Positions 1 to 13,010 of a stretch of DNA of 64,000 bases are shown piece after piece. How positions within the stretch are numbered: position 1 is the first letter of the stretch; each line of letters opens with the position of its first letter. The translations under genes were made by a program, and so were the position numbers. The notes beneath the pieces were generated by a model. That model made no database searches. It saw only the letters and a program-made list of their open reading frames with translations, and was not told where the DNA came from. This DNA is from Blasia pusilla (lineage: Eukaryota): NCBI GenBank assembly GCA_050084515.1, contig CM114271.1:11780001-11844000 (forward strand), given 5' to 3'.

Positions 1-915
1 CTCCATCCAAGATTTTGTGTCGACATGCATAATTGATTGCTTCCATTCGTGATTCAGAAAGTCCCTAAACAGTTTCGTTTTTGCTGTGTCCTGAATCCTG
101 GCCATGAAATGGTTTCAAAGAATAAACAGGCACAAATTTTAAATCTTCTGTCTTGTGTTCAACTATTCTCTAGTCTGCTCACCTTGAAAGATCAGAGGTT
201 TGGAAGCCAATTCTTCTATGTCTAAGGAGGTTTCTTTGTCCTGGTTGGGCTTTCTTGACGTTGGTTGTTCTCATTAATAATGGATGAAACGTAATTAAAA
301 TTTTCCAATAACAGGAGTAGACTCACTACGGGCAGGTCATATGCTTGTCAGGTGATGTTTAAATCTCTGAAATCAATATCTAAGCTGTTGAAAGTTTTTT
401 TCGCTAGGGAGTATTGCACATAGAAAACAGGAGAACCAATCTGTGGATCCAATATTGATTTTGATGTGATTTTGCAGAATGAGAACGATGGGTGTGAATA
501 CAATCATAACATTCCGGGAGTAACGCGGTCTGGGTAAGCAGCTTCCTTCTCTACTCAAGGTGGGTAGATAAGACAGTTGTGTGGTGTCAGTTCTGGGTTT
601 GCTGGCTGAGGTTCATGTTGTGTGGAATGCTGCTTAGCTTTTTATTCAATACACAGGAACTTTTACACCTGTGGAACTACAGGTAGGAGAATATTGTAAA
701 GAGTATAAATGTAGGGACTTGTTGGTGATAGTCTTGTACATTTAGTTAGCCTCCCCTACAAACAAGCTGCATGTCTGCCGTCTTTTACCTTCAATGTTGT
801 TCATTCAGGATTAAATTTCTGAGTTGGGATGTATGTGCAAGCTGCGTTTAGTAAGATAAACTTAACTTTTAAATGTATTCTGATTTTTTTGGGGCCATGT
901 TTCACATCCTCATAG

Positions 916-3900
916 GCCACCTACTCCAACCAGTGTTGGTGCTGCCAGCTCTGCACCATCCACATGGACTGCTTCTTCAAGTCGTGCTGGGGTGTCTTCA
1001 ACTCCAGGCACAGCTGGTAAATTGCGAGCTTCTTGTTTCTTTCTACAGTCGATGCTTCATTGGCTCGATGCCTGGTGCTCCTATGTGATCAATCACGATT
1101 ATTTTGCATGATTTCTGCTCATAGTTTTGTATTTGTTGTTCTTTCCTCACAGCAGCTGCAGCTATTCGAAATAAAGGTCTTCCTGTCACTGCCCCAGCGT
1201 TTGTACCAGCGGCAGTAGCTGCTGCCCAGAGGGCATCTCTGACTGCATGGGGTGGTTTAACCCCTGGTGGAGGAAGTATCTTGACTAGTGTGAATGCACC
1301 AGCTGCTTATGTCACATCGACAAGTCTGACTGTGTCCAGTAGTACATCTCAAAATAATGGTGTGTTGTCAAATACGGGTGCAATTCCTGGCAACAATCTG
1401 AGCACACCCACGCCTCTTGGAATTGTGGGGCGATCACTTGAAGTCGAGCCTGGTGCCTCCTCTGAAGGTCTATCTGGTCCAACATTTGTGAGTGGCACTC
1501 TTCCAGCAAGTTTGAATGCCCAACCATTTGTGCCTAGTAGTTTACTGTCCAGCAGTTCTGTAAATGGGAGTAATTCTACGACAACGAGTTCCATTGCAAG
1601 TAGCAGCATCGGAAATGCAAATGCTGCTCCTTATGTACCTTCTGGTGTGGCTTCAGCGATTGGTGCAGCTCCATATGTACCAAAATCGAAGCAACACTTG
1701 CTTAGCGGTGCAGTGGGTGCAGGTCGACCTTTGGCCGACCAGTCACATCTTGGGATTGGAGGTCCATCTCAGCAGATGCAAATTCGTCAACAGATGTCTC
1801 AGTTTCAGCAGCACCATCAAGCTGCCCATATGCTGGCAGTTGCCGCCCGGGGGAATGCTATGAACAGCCCTTACATGAACATGGATGTTCCAATGGTCAT
1901 GCCTCCTTTCAGGTTACCTGATGGGGATGATCCAGCACTGGGCATGACTGCGATGTCACCACCCAATCCTGCGTTTGTTCTTCCTCTAACTCGTGGGACG
2001 AATGGAAGCCTTCCAGTGCTCCCTGCTCCGGAAACCTTGGCAAGTATGGGGATAGTTGGTGATGGTTCTGGGGGTTTGCAGGTTGGAGGTAGCTATCCAT
2101 CGCCACTAAATTATGCATCAAGTATGCAATCTCAATCATCGGCAAGGGTACAACATATTCAACAACATATGCATAAGCTTCAAATGCACCACCATCCACC
2201 ACCCTTGCAGTTGCCTGGTCAGACAAATCCATTTTCATTGAGGTCAGCACAGATGGTAGAGACCTCAAAGCTGCAGTATGGAGCGGTAACAGCAGATAAG
2301 CAGCAGATCCTAAAGCTTGCCTCTGAGCTGACTACTGGAAATGATAGCAGAATCCCAGGGCCGTCCCCATCTACAACACCAACTCTATATACCTGTGACT
2401 CTCAGACAGCAGACCACCTTCCGTTACTGCCAGCAGAATTGGACTCACAACAACCCACAGTAACAGAGTCTTCTAATGTTCAACAACAGCAGCAGCAACA
2501 GGCTTCCCAGCAGCAGCAACCATCTCCTTCACAACAGCATCAGCACTTGCAACCGGGACAACAGCGTCAACAGCAGATACAACAACAACAACAATTGTTA
2601 CAGCACCAACAGAACATTCAACTGATTCAACAGAGACCACAGCCAGCAAGCCAAAGAGCTGTAACATCACCTTTGCAGCACCAACAACGTATTCCATTTC
2701 GATCACCTTCTCCAGTGCCCAATGTAGCTGCAGTTACAGCTGGTGGGGCAACATACTTTCTTGGTCCTGGTCAAGGCATAAGCAACTTGCCTCATGTTTC
2801 ACAGGGTGGGCCTTTTAGTGGATCCGCAGGACGTGTTGAAGGGCGGCTCAGGGGACAGTCAAATGTTGGAGTTGTGCCACTTGGGCCACAGTTCATGTCA
2901 GATCAACTACGTGAAGAACTTCGTCGTCGGCATGCTCTCATCCATGCACAGGTATACCTGATTTGACTCGCGTTACAGATGTAGGGAAATGATTGTGGAA
3001 TCAAAGGATATGTTTGACAAGATAGGGATCACTAGGTGGTTTGAATTTGATGGTTTTACTGCATGCTACAATGTTCTTGGAGTTATTTTCCATTGAAACC
3101 CTAATTAGGTTTGGGATTGAACTACTGTAACGCTCTTCTGACGGTCAAAACTACAATGGATTGCAGCTGGATACAGACCAAAATCTTGTCAATTTACCAG
3201 AAATAGTGCAACGGTTCCATACGCTATATCCTTTGGAAGATGTCAATAGAGAAGATGAATCCCCAAGCTGTGCCTTTGGTGTCCGTTCAATGATCTTGAA
3301 GGGTATTTCATCTTCAGATGGACAGGCATATGCTATCCGACGAATTGACAGTCGGCAGGTTGACCAAATTCTCGTACATCTGGTGCTCATGTGGATGACT
3401 TCCATTCCATAATCTGGTTCAGTGAAACTCTGATGCTGGTGACTTCCATTTCATATGGCAGTTCTGATTAGTGTTGGTATTTAGTGGAATGGGCTATGTA
3501 GACCATTTATGTTAGGATCCCTTCTAAAACTTCTGCAGTTTTGTGTGCAAGTAGAGGTAACCATGAACTCCAACACTGATATCATTTTCCCTGTTTGTGT
3601 CCCACACCGGCTTCACAGGTTATCCCTACTGCAGAGCTGTCTGCTAGTGCTGCAGAGGTGATTGAAAGGTGGTCCCCTCTCTCTAGACATCCGCATATTG
3701 TGGCTATCAGAGATTCCTTCGTGAGTAGAGAGATAGAGGATTCTCCTTCTCTGTTCTTTGTACATGACTATTATCCTGGTGCTGTCACTTTGGAAGCCAT
3801 GCACTTGCATCAAGAACAAGGAGGAGGAGTTGCTCCTATGATGGTGAGCTATTCTTCTCTCAAGGTTAACCCTACTTCTTTCATCTATATTCATTTTTGG

Positions 3901-6246
3901 ATGAAACTATCAAATTTGAAATACACAAGTCGCCTCAAGTGCAGGGAAGTATGGTGCTACTGTCACAGGGGTCAAGGCCCTTACTACTGCTTAACTTATA
4001 GTGCATGGACTTTTATGTGAAATCTAGCTGGCACCTCTTCAACCTTGTCCGCTTGTGCATCTCTGGTTCCTTGGTCTGCCAAATGGATTGTTTGGACTGG
4101 TGACTTGAAGTTGTGAGACCCAACAACGGCCTAGGTGATGGACTATTCCAGGAAGTCAAGATGTCAAGACTACTTAGTTGATCAGGCTCTTAAGTAAGCC
4201 GTACCAATGGTAACCTTCCAACTTGCATGCGATTAGGTGATTGACAATCATGGACTCTACTTCTTGCTTGCAATGCTTGAGCCAATAATAGCTTTAAGAA
4301 AGGTATTTCCCTTTAAGCAGAAACACAGTTCCATCTGCACATATGATTCTGCAGATCCAGTCAGTGAAAGGCAACCCAATTTTGGATCCGATCTACCAAA
4401 TTAATTATATTGTATTTTTGTCAGGTGAGTGAAGATCAACTATGGAGCTACATGGTGCAATTGGCTGGAGCTCTCCGAGCAGCACACTCTGCTGGGCTAT
4501 TCTTCCGACCAGGGGGGTTACATCCTTCCAAAGTGGTTATTCCTACAAGGGGCCGCTTACGCATAAGCAGTGCAGGGATTCTGGATGTATTGAATGGAGA
4601 TTCTACTGATGACCCTAGGTTCTTCCAGGTATGTTTTAGGGTCCACTACTGCCCTGAAGAAAGATGGCTGCATGGACTTATCAATCCTTGACCAATTAAG
4701 TCAAATGTATTCAATCAGGTTCAAGAGCAGCATGCATTGTTGAGAAGTCAAAAGCACTATTTCTGTGTATGCATTGTTAGCATGTATGCTAAGGTTCTGG
4801 GTCTGAATCATATCTTAACTGGACCATGCTCAGAGAGAAGATCTTGCCGGCTTTGGGCGCCTCATACTATCACTGGCGTGCGGATCAATGGTGAATGCTT
4901 CACTTGATTTAATGGCTGCACACTACTCATCAGAAGTTGTGCATGTCACTCAAGCATTGCTGGCTTCATCTTTAGATAAGACAGATGGAGTAGGCATCAG
5001 CAATATTCGGCAGTTGTGTCATGTATTAACTGAGCGAATGTTTGGAGAGGTGAGTTTTGACAACTTTGGTGCCTTCTTGAGTTGGCAAATAACTTGCATT
5101 TTCGGACTCAGTGACCGGAGATCAATGGCTATAGGGAATTTTTTCTGGTGGCCATGAATTTAGGAAAGGACCATCTTTTATAAAATTGACGTCTTTTCTC
5201 CCTTCACTGATAACAGATTGAGCAATTACATCTCCAAAATGATGAATTAATGTCGGAGCTGAGTAAGGAGACGGAGAATGGACGCCTCTTGCGAATTTTG
5301 ATAAAGTTAGGCATGACAAATGAGCGACCAGAAGATGATGTGGAACCTGGTTGGTCTGAGACTGGCGATCGCTATTTGCTGAAGCTTTTTCGTGACTTTG
5401 TCTTTCACCAGGTAGTGTTTCTGAAGGTCCTAAGCCTGTAGATACTGTCATTCATGGAAGGCTTGACTGAGTAATGAGCTATTATCTTTAAGAGGTGAGA
5501 AGTGGTATCAGATGGAGAAAACTAGGCAATGCAAGGATCCAGTTGTGGCCTTAAATTATTTAGGTTCTGGTGTAGGGTCCTTGGGTTATTCATGATCTGC
5601 CTTGTCCACTACCACCAGTAATGCATCTGCATCTGGAAACGAGACCATGTGTTCTGTATTGTTAGGCGTCACTGTTTTTTACTTCGAGTTTGTGGATATG
5701 GTTTCCCCTTCCTCTCAGGTTTACAAGATCTTACTTGTGTGACTGGTGGGTCTAGCTGTCTCCTTTCAAGTCCTTCAAACAATTTCTCTTACAAGACCTG
5801 TATTATACATACCAGGAAAGTAAAAAATCTGGGCATTGCATCAGTTTTAATGGTATGATTGAGTTGTTTGCATGTTAATGCAGACAACTGAGGAAGGGGC
5901 GCCTCTGATTGACTGGACCCATGTCATCGATTCATTGAATAAGGTAAATATATCAGCTTGGTTTCTACCAAAGAAAGGAAAAAGATGCCACTGTCAAGAG
6001 TATGGGAATTAGGGTTTCAAATGCTTCACACAGATGTGAATAATTTTGGCAGGTTACTTATGTGTGCTGTGGAATCAGCATGGAGAACTAATTCTTGACC
6101 ATTTTCTTTACAAGCAGTTGGATGCAGGGGTACCTGAAAAAATGATACTGCTGAGTCGTGATGAGAGATCAATGCTCTTTGCATCTTATGGGGACTTGAA
6201 GCGCTGTCTTGAGAGTGCTTATCAAGAACTAATGAACAGGGTATAG
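916..6246 (+). CDS. PAN3: PAN2-PAN3 deadenylation complex subunit PAN3 (pseudokinase plus C-terminal knob), 5'-partial. Predicted exons: 916-1016, 1153-2951, 3167-3358, 3619-3843, 4425-4628, 4834-5049, 5217-5411, 5884-5943, 6118-6246
   Basis: GT-AG introns join the exons in frame. PAN3 motifs: [127 protein letters not shown]. The N-terminal region is low-complexity and Gln-rich with PAM2-like motifs. No start codon was located; it is probably upstream of the window. Confidence 0.93.
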
Positions 6247-7806
6247 CGCCTTTACCTTGTAGTGAATGTTTGATTCATGAGCAGCTTATCTAGATTAGAA
6301 GTTTTTGTTTTAAGATCGACACATTATGCTCGTCAATATTCACCAATAATCATCCAAGTTTATATTATTCGTCATGGTGATTAAATTGCGTGAAGCCTCT
6401 TTCCTTTGCAGGGATCCGGAGACAAAGGAAGGTCAGTTCTGGTGGGAGTTCAAACAACTTTGGCTCATAACTCAAGATTGAAGCCAAGACAAGCCACATA
6501 GAGCTCTTTGTTTCTGGAGAGCAGTTTTTTTTGCTTTGGTGCTCCATAGTTGGATCCCTTGTAGTAGCATTCACAAAGAATTAACTTTGTGTTTTGCTTA
6601 CTGATGAGAAGTTGAGGGGGCCAATTATTGAGTGGGGCCTTACTTTACAAGGTTCGAATCTAAATTTACTGTCTTCTTCGATTTTTTGAGGGGGGTGGAT
6701 CTGCGTCTAAATGATTCTCGTCACGGCAATATATGTGGATGAGTGAAGCAGCTAGCGGCCTGAGAGCTTGCTATTCTTGAGTTTTCTCAAATCTGGCCCA
6801 TATTTTTATGAGTACGACTCGCCCTGTATATATGAAGTATTTTTTCTCCTTAATGATTGCCAAAATGAGATTGTTTAAGCAAGTAACCTTTCCAGGTACA
6901 ATTTTTTAAATCAGATGGTAAAATGCTTGTCACGGCTGCCCTCAATCACTGGTGGAATCGACTCATCTGGGTGAATTCTGCGAGTCAAATGTATCTAGAA
7001 TCAGATTCATGAGCTTCTAAAAGTCAAACGAGGTTACTAGACTTCCTATGCCTAGAACTCCTGGCGCCGGAAAGCAGATAGATCCACACACCGGATCACA
7101 TCATGATGAAATTTGTAAATGGGAATTGATGTGGTATCTAGAATAAGACTCAGTCGAGTAATCATCAAGTGCCATGGTAGATTTACTAGGCATAAATCAG
7201 GATGGTGTGCCAGTTAAACGGTACATTTGCCACTATCCTAAATCAAAAGATTAAGGGTTGTTTCAGTCCAACAGAAAGTTCTATTAGTCCCATAATAATA
7301 ATAAAAATATCCTAGTACGTATAATTTCCACCATAGGAAAATTAAGCCTGGTGTTAATAAGCGGTTAAGTTTAAGGAAGTCTGATTTTTTACAGTCTAGT
7401 TTAAGAAACTTACAGAATTGGTTAGGGTAGAAAATTATGTTGCAATTCTTCCCCAAATGACATTAGAAGAAGTACCAAATTGAAAGACAGTCCTTTGGAC
7501 CTTCCACTTGATTGTTCAATGCTCCGAGGTTGAGTTCGGTGAACAACTTCAAAGATGACACCCGCGAGTAGACAATTACAGTACGTAAGTGAGAACGATG
7601 CATTGGAACGAACCTTCCTTGTTCTTCTATTTAATAACACCATTATTTTAAATCTTAGGTCCATTAAAATGTTTTTTTAACAGTTTTGTCACTCTATGAA
7701 GTTCCTATGTCTCTAAAATCTATTATGTATTTCCTTTACTCTTGAGATATTGAGGTTCTAGTATTAGTAGAAATTTGCATGGACATTAGAGGAGGTCAAA
7801 TTCATA

Positions 7807-8435
7807 TGATCTTAGCATCAAAAATATTATGAAAGATCCTCTTTTGCTAGACAATGTTTGCATTTCTTCAAACCTAGATTGAATTTGGATTATCTATGGT
7901 TAAAGATATATGAACATTGTTGAACATTTGGTGTGAATATATATGGAATTGTGCCATATTATCTTAAATTTATTAATTACATGTTTGTTTGTGATAATGA
8001 TCCATGTTGTTTGATGATTAAAGGCACATATTAAGTAAGGGTGAGAACTTCTAACGAATTTTTTTTTCAAAGTAGAGAAAATAAATATTAAACAATGGGA
8101 AAATTGGTTTGTAATTTTTCTAAAATACAAATGCACTTTAATCTCAAGTTCATATGTTCATGCACATACAAAATCCACTTTAATCTTAGCACGAAGAAGC
8201 ATTTGTATTTTAGAAAAATTACAAACCAATTTTAAATTGTTTAATACTTATTTTTCTCTACTTTGAAATATTTTTTTTTTAGATATTCTCACAATTGCAT
8301 ATAAACTCACACCAATTGTTCAACAATGTTTATATCTCTTTAACATAGATAATCCAAATCCAATCTAGGGTTGAAGAAATGTAACCATTGCATAGCAAAA
8401 GAGGATCTTTCATAATATTTTTGATGTTAAGATCA
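7807..8435. repeat. AT-rich long inverted repeat (foldback/MITE-like)
   Basis: 7807-7952 is the approximate reverse complement of 8290-8435, and 8043-8134 of 8200-8290. The spacer is about 65 bp and the left arm carries about 90 extra bp. No TSD seen. Confidence 0.85.
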
Positions 8436-8621
8436 AAAGGATAAGTACTTTATTGTCCCATTATTGGTATTGTGAATAGCTAAGTCTATGGTATCCATGA
8501 TAGCGGAGACTTGGAAAGTAAATCAGGATGCCGAGTCCAAGAAGGAGACCTTGGTGTGAACTACCAAAGTTGGAACCTAGACTAGCTAGTTGCGAGACTA
8601 GTAAGGGCAATGAAACTAGTT

Positions 8622-8662
8622 GCATGCCCTTCTTGATTTAACGCTAGTCAAGAAGGGCATGC
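8622..8662. repeat. Perfect 15-bp stem hairpin
   Basis: GCATGCCCTTCTTGA - 11 nt loop - TCAAGAAGGGCATGC. Confidence 0.9.
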
Positions 8663-8787
8663 GTCTTGAGACCAACCTTAGGTGAGAAAGGGTGTAGCCA
8701 CTCACAAGGATCAAAGCAAGGCACGAAAGGTGTAAGAACCTTGAGTCAAGTTTTAAGTCAAGGGCGAGTAAGAAGGAGTAAGAAAGT

Positions 8788-9647
8788 TGTCGTGTGCATA
8801 CACATCACTGATCACATGCACACCACACAACATCGATCTTCCCAACATACGGGTAGATCCACACATATACAAGAAATAAACTCATGCATGTATATCGGGA
8901 CCGCACAACAAAATCTCACACGGCCAACTCCACTCTCGAATCTACATCGGCATATTGAGCCACATCCACCCTCCGCTATGAGGGAATCCCAACACTAGCA
9001 CCCTAGTTCCTACACACATCCATGCAACAGAGGTGCTCCAAAAGCTCAACATGAGAAATATGGCTTGGGAAAGCCATCTCTCCCCTCTTACAACCTTGGA
9101 AGGAGCCAAAAGGTTGGATGCCTAAATGTCTAGGCGATAATGATAGTATCTCTTACCTAAACCGGTGGCTAACTTTTTCTTAGGAATGGGAAAGAGGACT
9201 AAAATGGCCTCCATCCGGTGACTTTCGTGCACGGGTTATCGGATGATCATTGACTCGGTCAACGGGTCATCTGGATGACAATGACCAAATAATGAAATCT
9301 TTAGAAACGATGTTCCCAACGCAATGGACCTTTCGCCAACCTCATCGGGCACCTCAAGACCAAGTTACACCCAAAAGCCCGCTGACCCTCTATGTTCTTG
9401 CCACGAAAAAACTCTACTTGTTGTCTAACTAAGATGTGACAACTGTCGTGTGCATACACATTATTACACAATACACATGGTTGGTCATATCTGCACCACA
9501 CAACACTGATCTTCCCAACGTACGGGTAGATTCACACAATACAAGAAATGAACTCATGCATGTACATCAAGACCGTACAACCGCTCCCCTAGTTGGCAGT
9601 TGGGTCTCCCTAACTCAAGATAGCGCACGTTATATCTATCTGACATG
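8788..9647 (-). mobile_element. 3' end of older DNMT/PHD gypsy element (family 2): PPT about 9582-9590, B1 9444-9581, A2 8910-9441, B2 8788-8909
   Basis: 8788-8909 and 9444-9581 are direct repeats. On the minus strand the layout is AGGGGAGCG-GTTGTACGG...CACGACA-GT-TGTCACA...B2 ending CACGACA, as in the younger copies. The element continues after 21560. Confidence 0.8.
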
Positions 9648-10014
9648 TGTCATGACCATATGGATTATGTCGTAGAGTATAGTGTGCTAGTAGAGGCCAT
9701 ACCTTATGTAGGACCATAGTGGCTAGGTAGAGATGCGGTTTCATACATAGGGTTGGGGATTACTCAGTTGGGATGACTTTCCCAGTAGGACCCACTCTTA
9801 GGTTGGAGGATATAGTGTGGAGTGTACCCAAAGAAGAGTCAGTTCTTTGAGTTGAGCCTGTTGCGTTGGGAGTTAGCCTTGGTAGTGAGAAGAGCTCTTG
9901 GCTATGGTGTTTCCCGCAAGCTTCCACCTAGATTCTCCCATCGTGGTGTGGGTTTGGCTCGATTGTATGTGATTCTATACGTATTTTATGACAGTAGGTC
10001 TTTCACGGATTTCA
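9648..10014 (+). repeat. Terminal repeat A1 of copy 1 (367 bp, TG...CA)
   Basis: Direct repeat of 21084-21450, 18822-19100, 46041-46408 and 53688-54055. TATA-like TATAG at 9811 and initiator-like TCAGTT around 9841. Confidence 0.92.
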
Positions 10015-10025
10015 CTCAAAGAATT
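10015..10025 (+). promoter_or_regulatory. Putative self-priming primer-binding site (copy 1)
   Basis: CTCAAAGAATT directly follows A1 and is complementary (one G-U pair) to AGTTCTTTGAG at 9841-9851. No tRNA-type TGG PBS adjoins the repeat. Confidence 0.75.
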
Positions 10026-11512
10026 GGAGTAGATCGATTGTAGCTTCGATTGTGGATCAAGGATCTGGTTAGGGCTGATTGTGTACTCAGCCGTGGATGT
10101 TCGTGGCTTATGGCCTATGTTGTAGGTAAGAATCTGGTGCGTGGTTGGTTGGGAAAGAAGCGCCTTGCTGAGAGCTTTCCAACGTGCTTTAGATCGCCGG
10201 ATTTCGTCAAGGGAGTTGGAAGTTATCAAGGATTGAAGATTCTGGTTCGTGTTCGACGGTTTTCTGATGTGGAGAGCTTGGAGTGCAAAAGCTCTGTTGA
10301 AGTTCATCCAGATCGGGTAAGAGGTTCCTATTGCTACTTGTATTGTGATCTCATGTGAATCTATCTGCTCGAGTGTGTGGAGCGTTGTGGATTTCTGCGT
10401 GCATGAAATCTGGGGAGCGGCTGCTGGATTTGCGATTCGGAGGTGTATGGACAGCAAGTTTGTTTGATTTTTAGCTCGGAGTACAGAGCTCGGTTGTAGC
10501 TGATTTTTTGTGGAGAGATAGCTATGGTGGTCAATTGAATTCTGGTTGAAATAGATTTAATTTTGGTTTAGGATTTGTGGAGTAAGTTCAGATCGAAATT
10601 TTGTGGACTAGCTCAAGGTTTGGCTATGGTGGACAACGGATCGGAGGGGCTGGTTGGTTGGTGACTCGTTCATTGTTGGAGATGCCTATCCCATTGGGGG
10701 CGCCCTGATTGGGCCTCTCTCCATAGCGAAGCATGGCGATAGGGGCATGTCTCGACGTTTCGAGGCTTCGAGGCAACTCGTGGTAGCTCGGGGCGAGTGG
10801 GCGTGAGAGGCGGAGTAAGGAGCAAGGAGCAAGCAAGCAAGCTTGCTTACTTGGGCGTGAGGCAGTTTTTGCAGGATTTGTGATTTGAGTGTTGCATAAC
10901 TGGTCACCCATCTTTGGGCTATTCTGCCTGGAAGACCCTTAACTGTTGAGTTCTTAACTAAGCTAGTGTACACACTGGTGTAGCTCATTTGGTGCTGTTT
11001 GGAGAGGTGTTAGGCGCTTTATGCATCTCAGGTTTTTGGTTGATGGACCTCAAGCGTATAGTACGGTGTAGCCTCTCCATGCAGGTGATATTTTCAGGTG
11101 CTGCGAGTCCGACAAGCACGTCATCGACCCGCGGCGGAGTAGCTATTGCGTTAGAATTTTGTGGTGGGTTCTGTGGATTCAGGGGGTGCCACGTTTGGTG
11201 GATTTTGTTACCTTGATTTCCATTTGCGATTGGAGGGTTGTTGTTGGACTTCATATGTTTGGATCCCCTCCATCGTTGCTTCTTGCTTGCGCGCCCATTG
11301 TTAGGGTTGACGCTGATTTCCAGAGTAGTGTTACTCCTGTGTGCTACCGATAGTGAGGCTGGAGTGATGACCAGTAGACTGTGGGAGGCTTCTTGTGGTG
11401 ATGACAAGTTAGGTTGCGTACACCCATAGCTAGTAGAGCTAGAATATTATAGCGACATCGACGTCACTTGGTTATTTGGTGGTGGTAATTTGGTGGTGGT
11501 GCGGCATCGGCG

Positions 11513-13010
11513 TTGGTCATCACGGAGCTGTCGGGAGGTCTGGTTGGGGACCGTGGTGCGGACAGTGGTGGTTTCACACGGAGTGGATTTAGGTATCGGC
11601 TACCTTTTCCACTTCCGACGGTTGATGAAGAGGAGGACGAGGGTGTTCCAAACACCGAGTCTTCTACGTTGTTATCGAGTGTTGCAGCTCCATTGATTTG
11701 GGATATGGACGGTGGATATGGGGCCATGAAGGGCCCACGACGATACTTGGGTGCAGTGGGCACCATTGAGTTGGAGGACTTCATGCAGGAGTTTGATACG
11801 TGGTGTGATATGCAGATGTTGCGGAACGCCACGTTGTTTACACCCTTCTTGGCTTGGAAGGGGTTGTTTCAGCACTTCGAGGGACCACCCATGGATGATT
11901 ACCATGAGTTTAGGAAGAACCATGTTGTTGAGATTGAGGCGTGGAGACAATATTGGTCTCCAGGCTATGTGTCTATCACCCATGGTGGTATTCGTAGTAG
12001 TGCTCCTACTATGCCATCCAGCCTGACGTTGAGTGGTACGAGTACGAGCCGGAGTGGGAGTACCAGTGGAGGTACCCATGGAGGTACCAGTGGGGGTACT
12101 AGTGGAGGTACTAGTGCCCCACCATCGTTCAGCCCGGTTGCAGAGTTCTTCAAGAGGTTGAAGAAGAACTATCACGGAGTGAAGACAGAGAAGTTGAGGA
12201 GTCTTCAGGAATTTGAGCGAAAGACTGGTAAGAGTCTTCGTGAGGCATATACTCCTATGCGACGCTTGATTTGATTACCTGGGTGTGACCGAGGCTCAGC
12301 GATCGATTTTGGTATGGGATCTTGGACGGAGAGTTGCGCCGCAGGGTACGTGATGCTACTCTTATGAGTGATGATTTACCCATATTGATCCATGTGTTTG
12401 CTCTATCTGAGAAGATTGAGCTTAACATGGTGAAGAAGAGAGTGGTGACATCCGCATTCAGTAGGGATACAACTACTACTTCTCGTGTTCAGCAGCCCAC
12501 CTTATAGTCTCGTAGTAGTGGTGGTGGTAGTAGTAGTGGGAGTCATGAGGGGTACACACGACCTCAGTCAGGTCCTAGAGGGACACTTGCGCAGAGACCA
12601 TTGCCTTCATTTGCTGCCCCGCAGCAAGGACAATCATGTTGGACATGTGGAGGTGATCATGTTAGGAAGTTTTGTCCCCAAGAGGATGGGAGACGGACTT
12701 TGGAGGATGGGCCTCAGTCGGCCCCAACTCAGTGTGATCATTGCGGGAGACCAGGTCATCCTCGAGAGCGTTGCTTTGATCTTCATCCAGAGTTGAGATC
12801 AGGCCGCGGCCGTGGTGGAGTAGCTCCGAGAGGCCGAGGTGGTAGAAGTGGTAGGGGTGGTAGAGGTGGACCAGTGGTTGGAGAGCCTACGGTGGCTACC
12901 CATACCACTACGACAGAGTCAGCTATGGCTGCCAGGATTGAGCAGTTGGAGCAGAAGTTGGCTACAATGGCTCGTATCCTGCATAGATCAGGTTCGGGAG
13001 CAGGGGCTTC
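11513..13010 (+). pseudogene. gag with two zinc knuckles (copy 1)
   Basis: CWTCGGDHVRKFC and CDHCGRPGHPRERC followed by an RGG-rich tract. 12-bp GGTS repeats near 12055-12115. Frameshifted. Confidence 0.85.

Noticed and set aside
9975-11407. Antisense ORFs in the element leader as extra genes
   Set aside because: No recognisable domain, and the frames are broken or shortened in copy 2.
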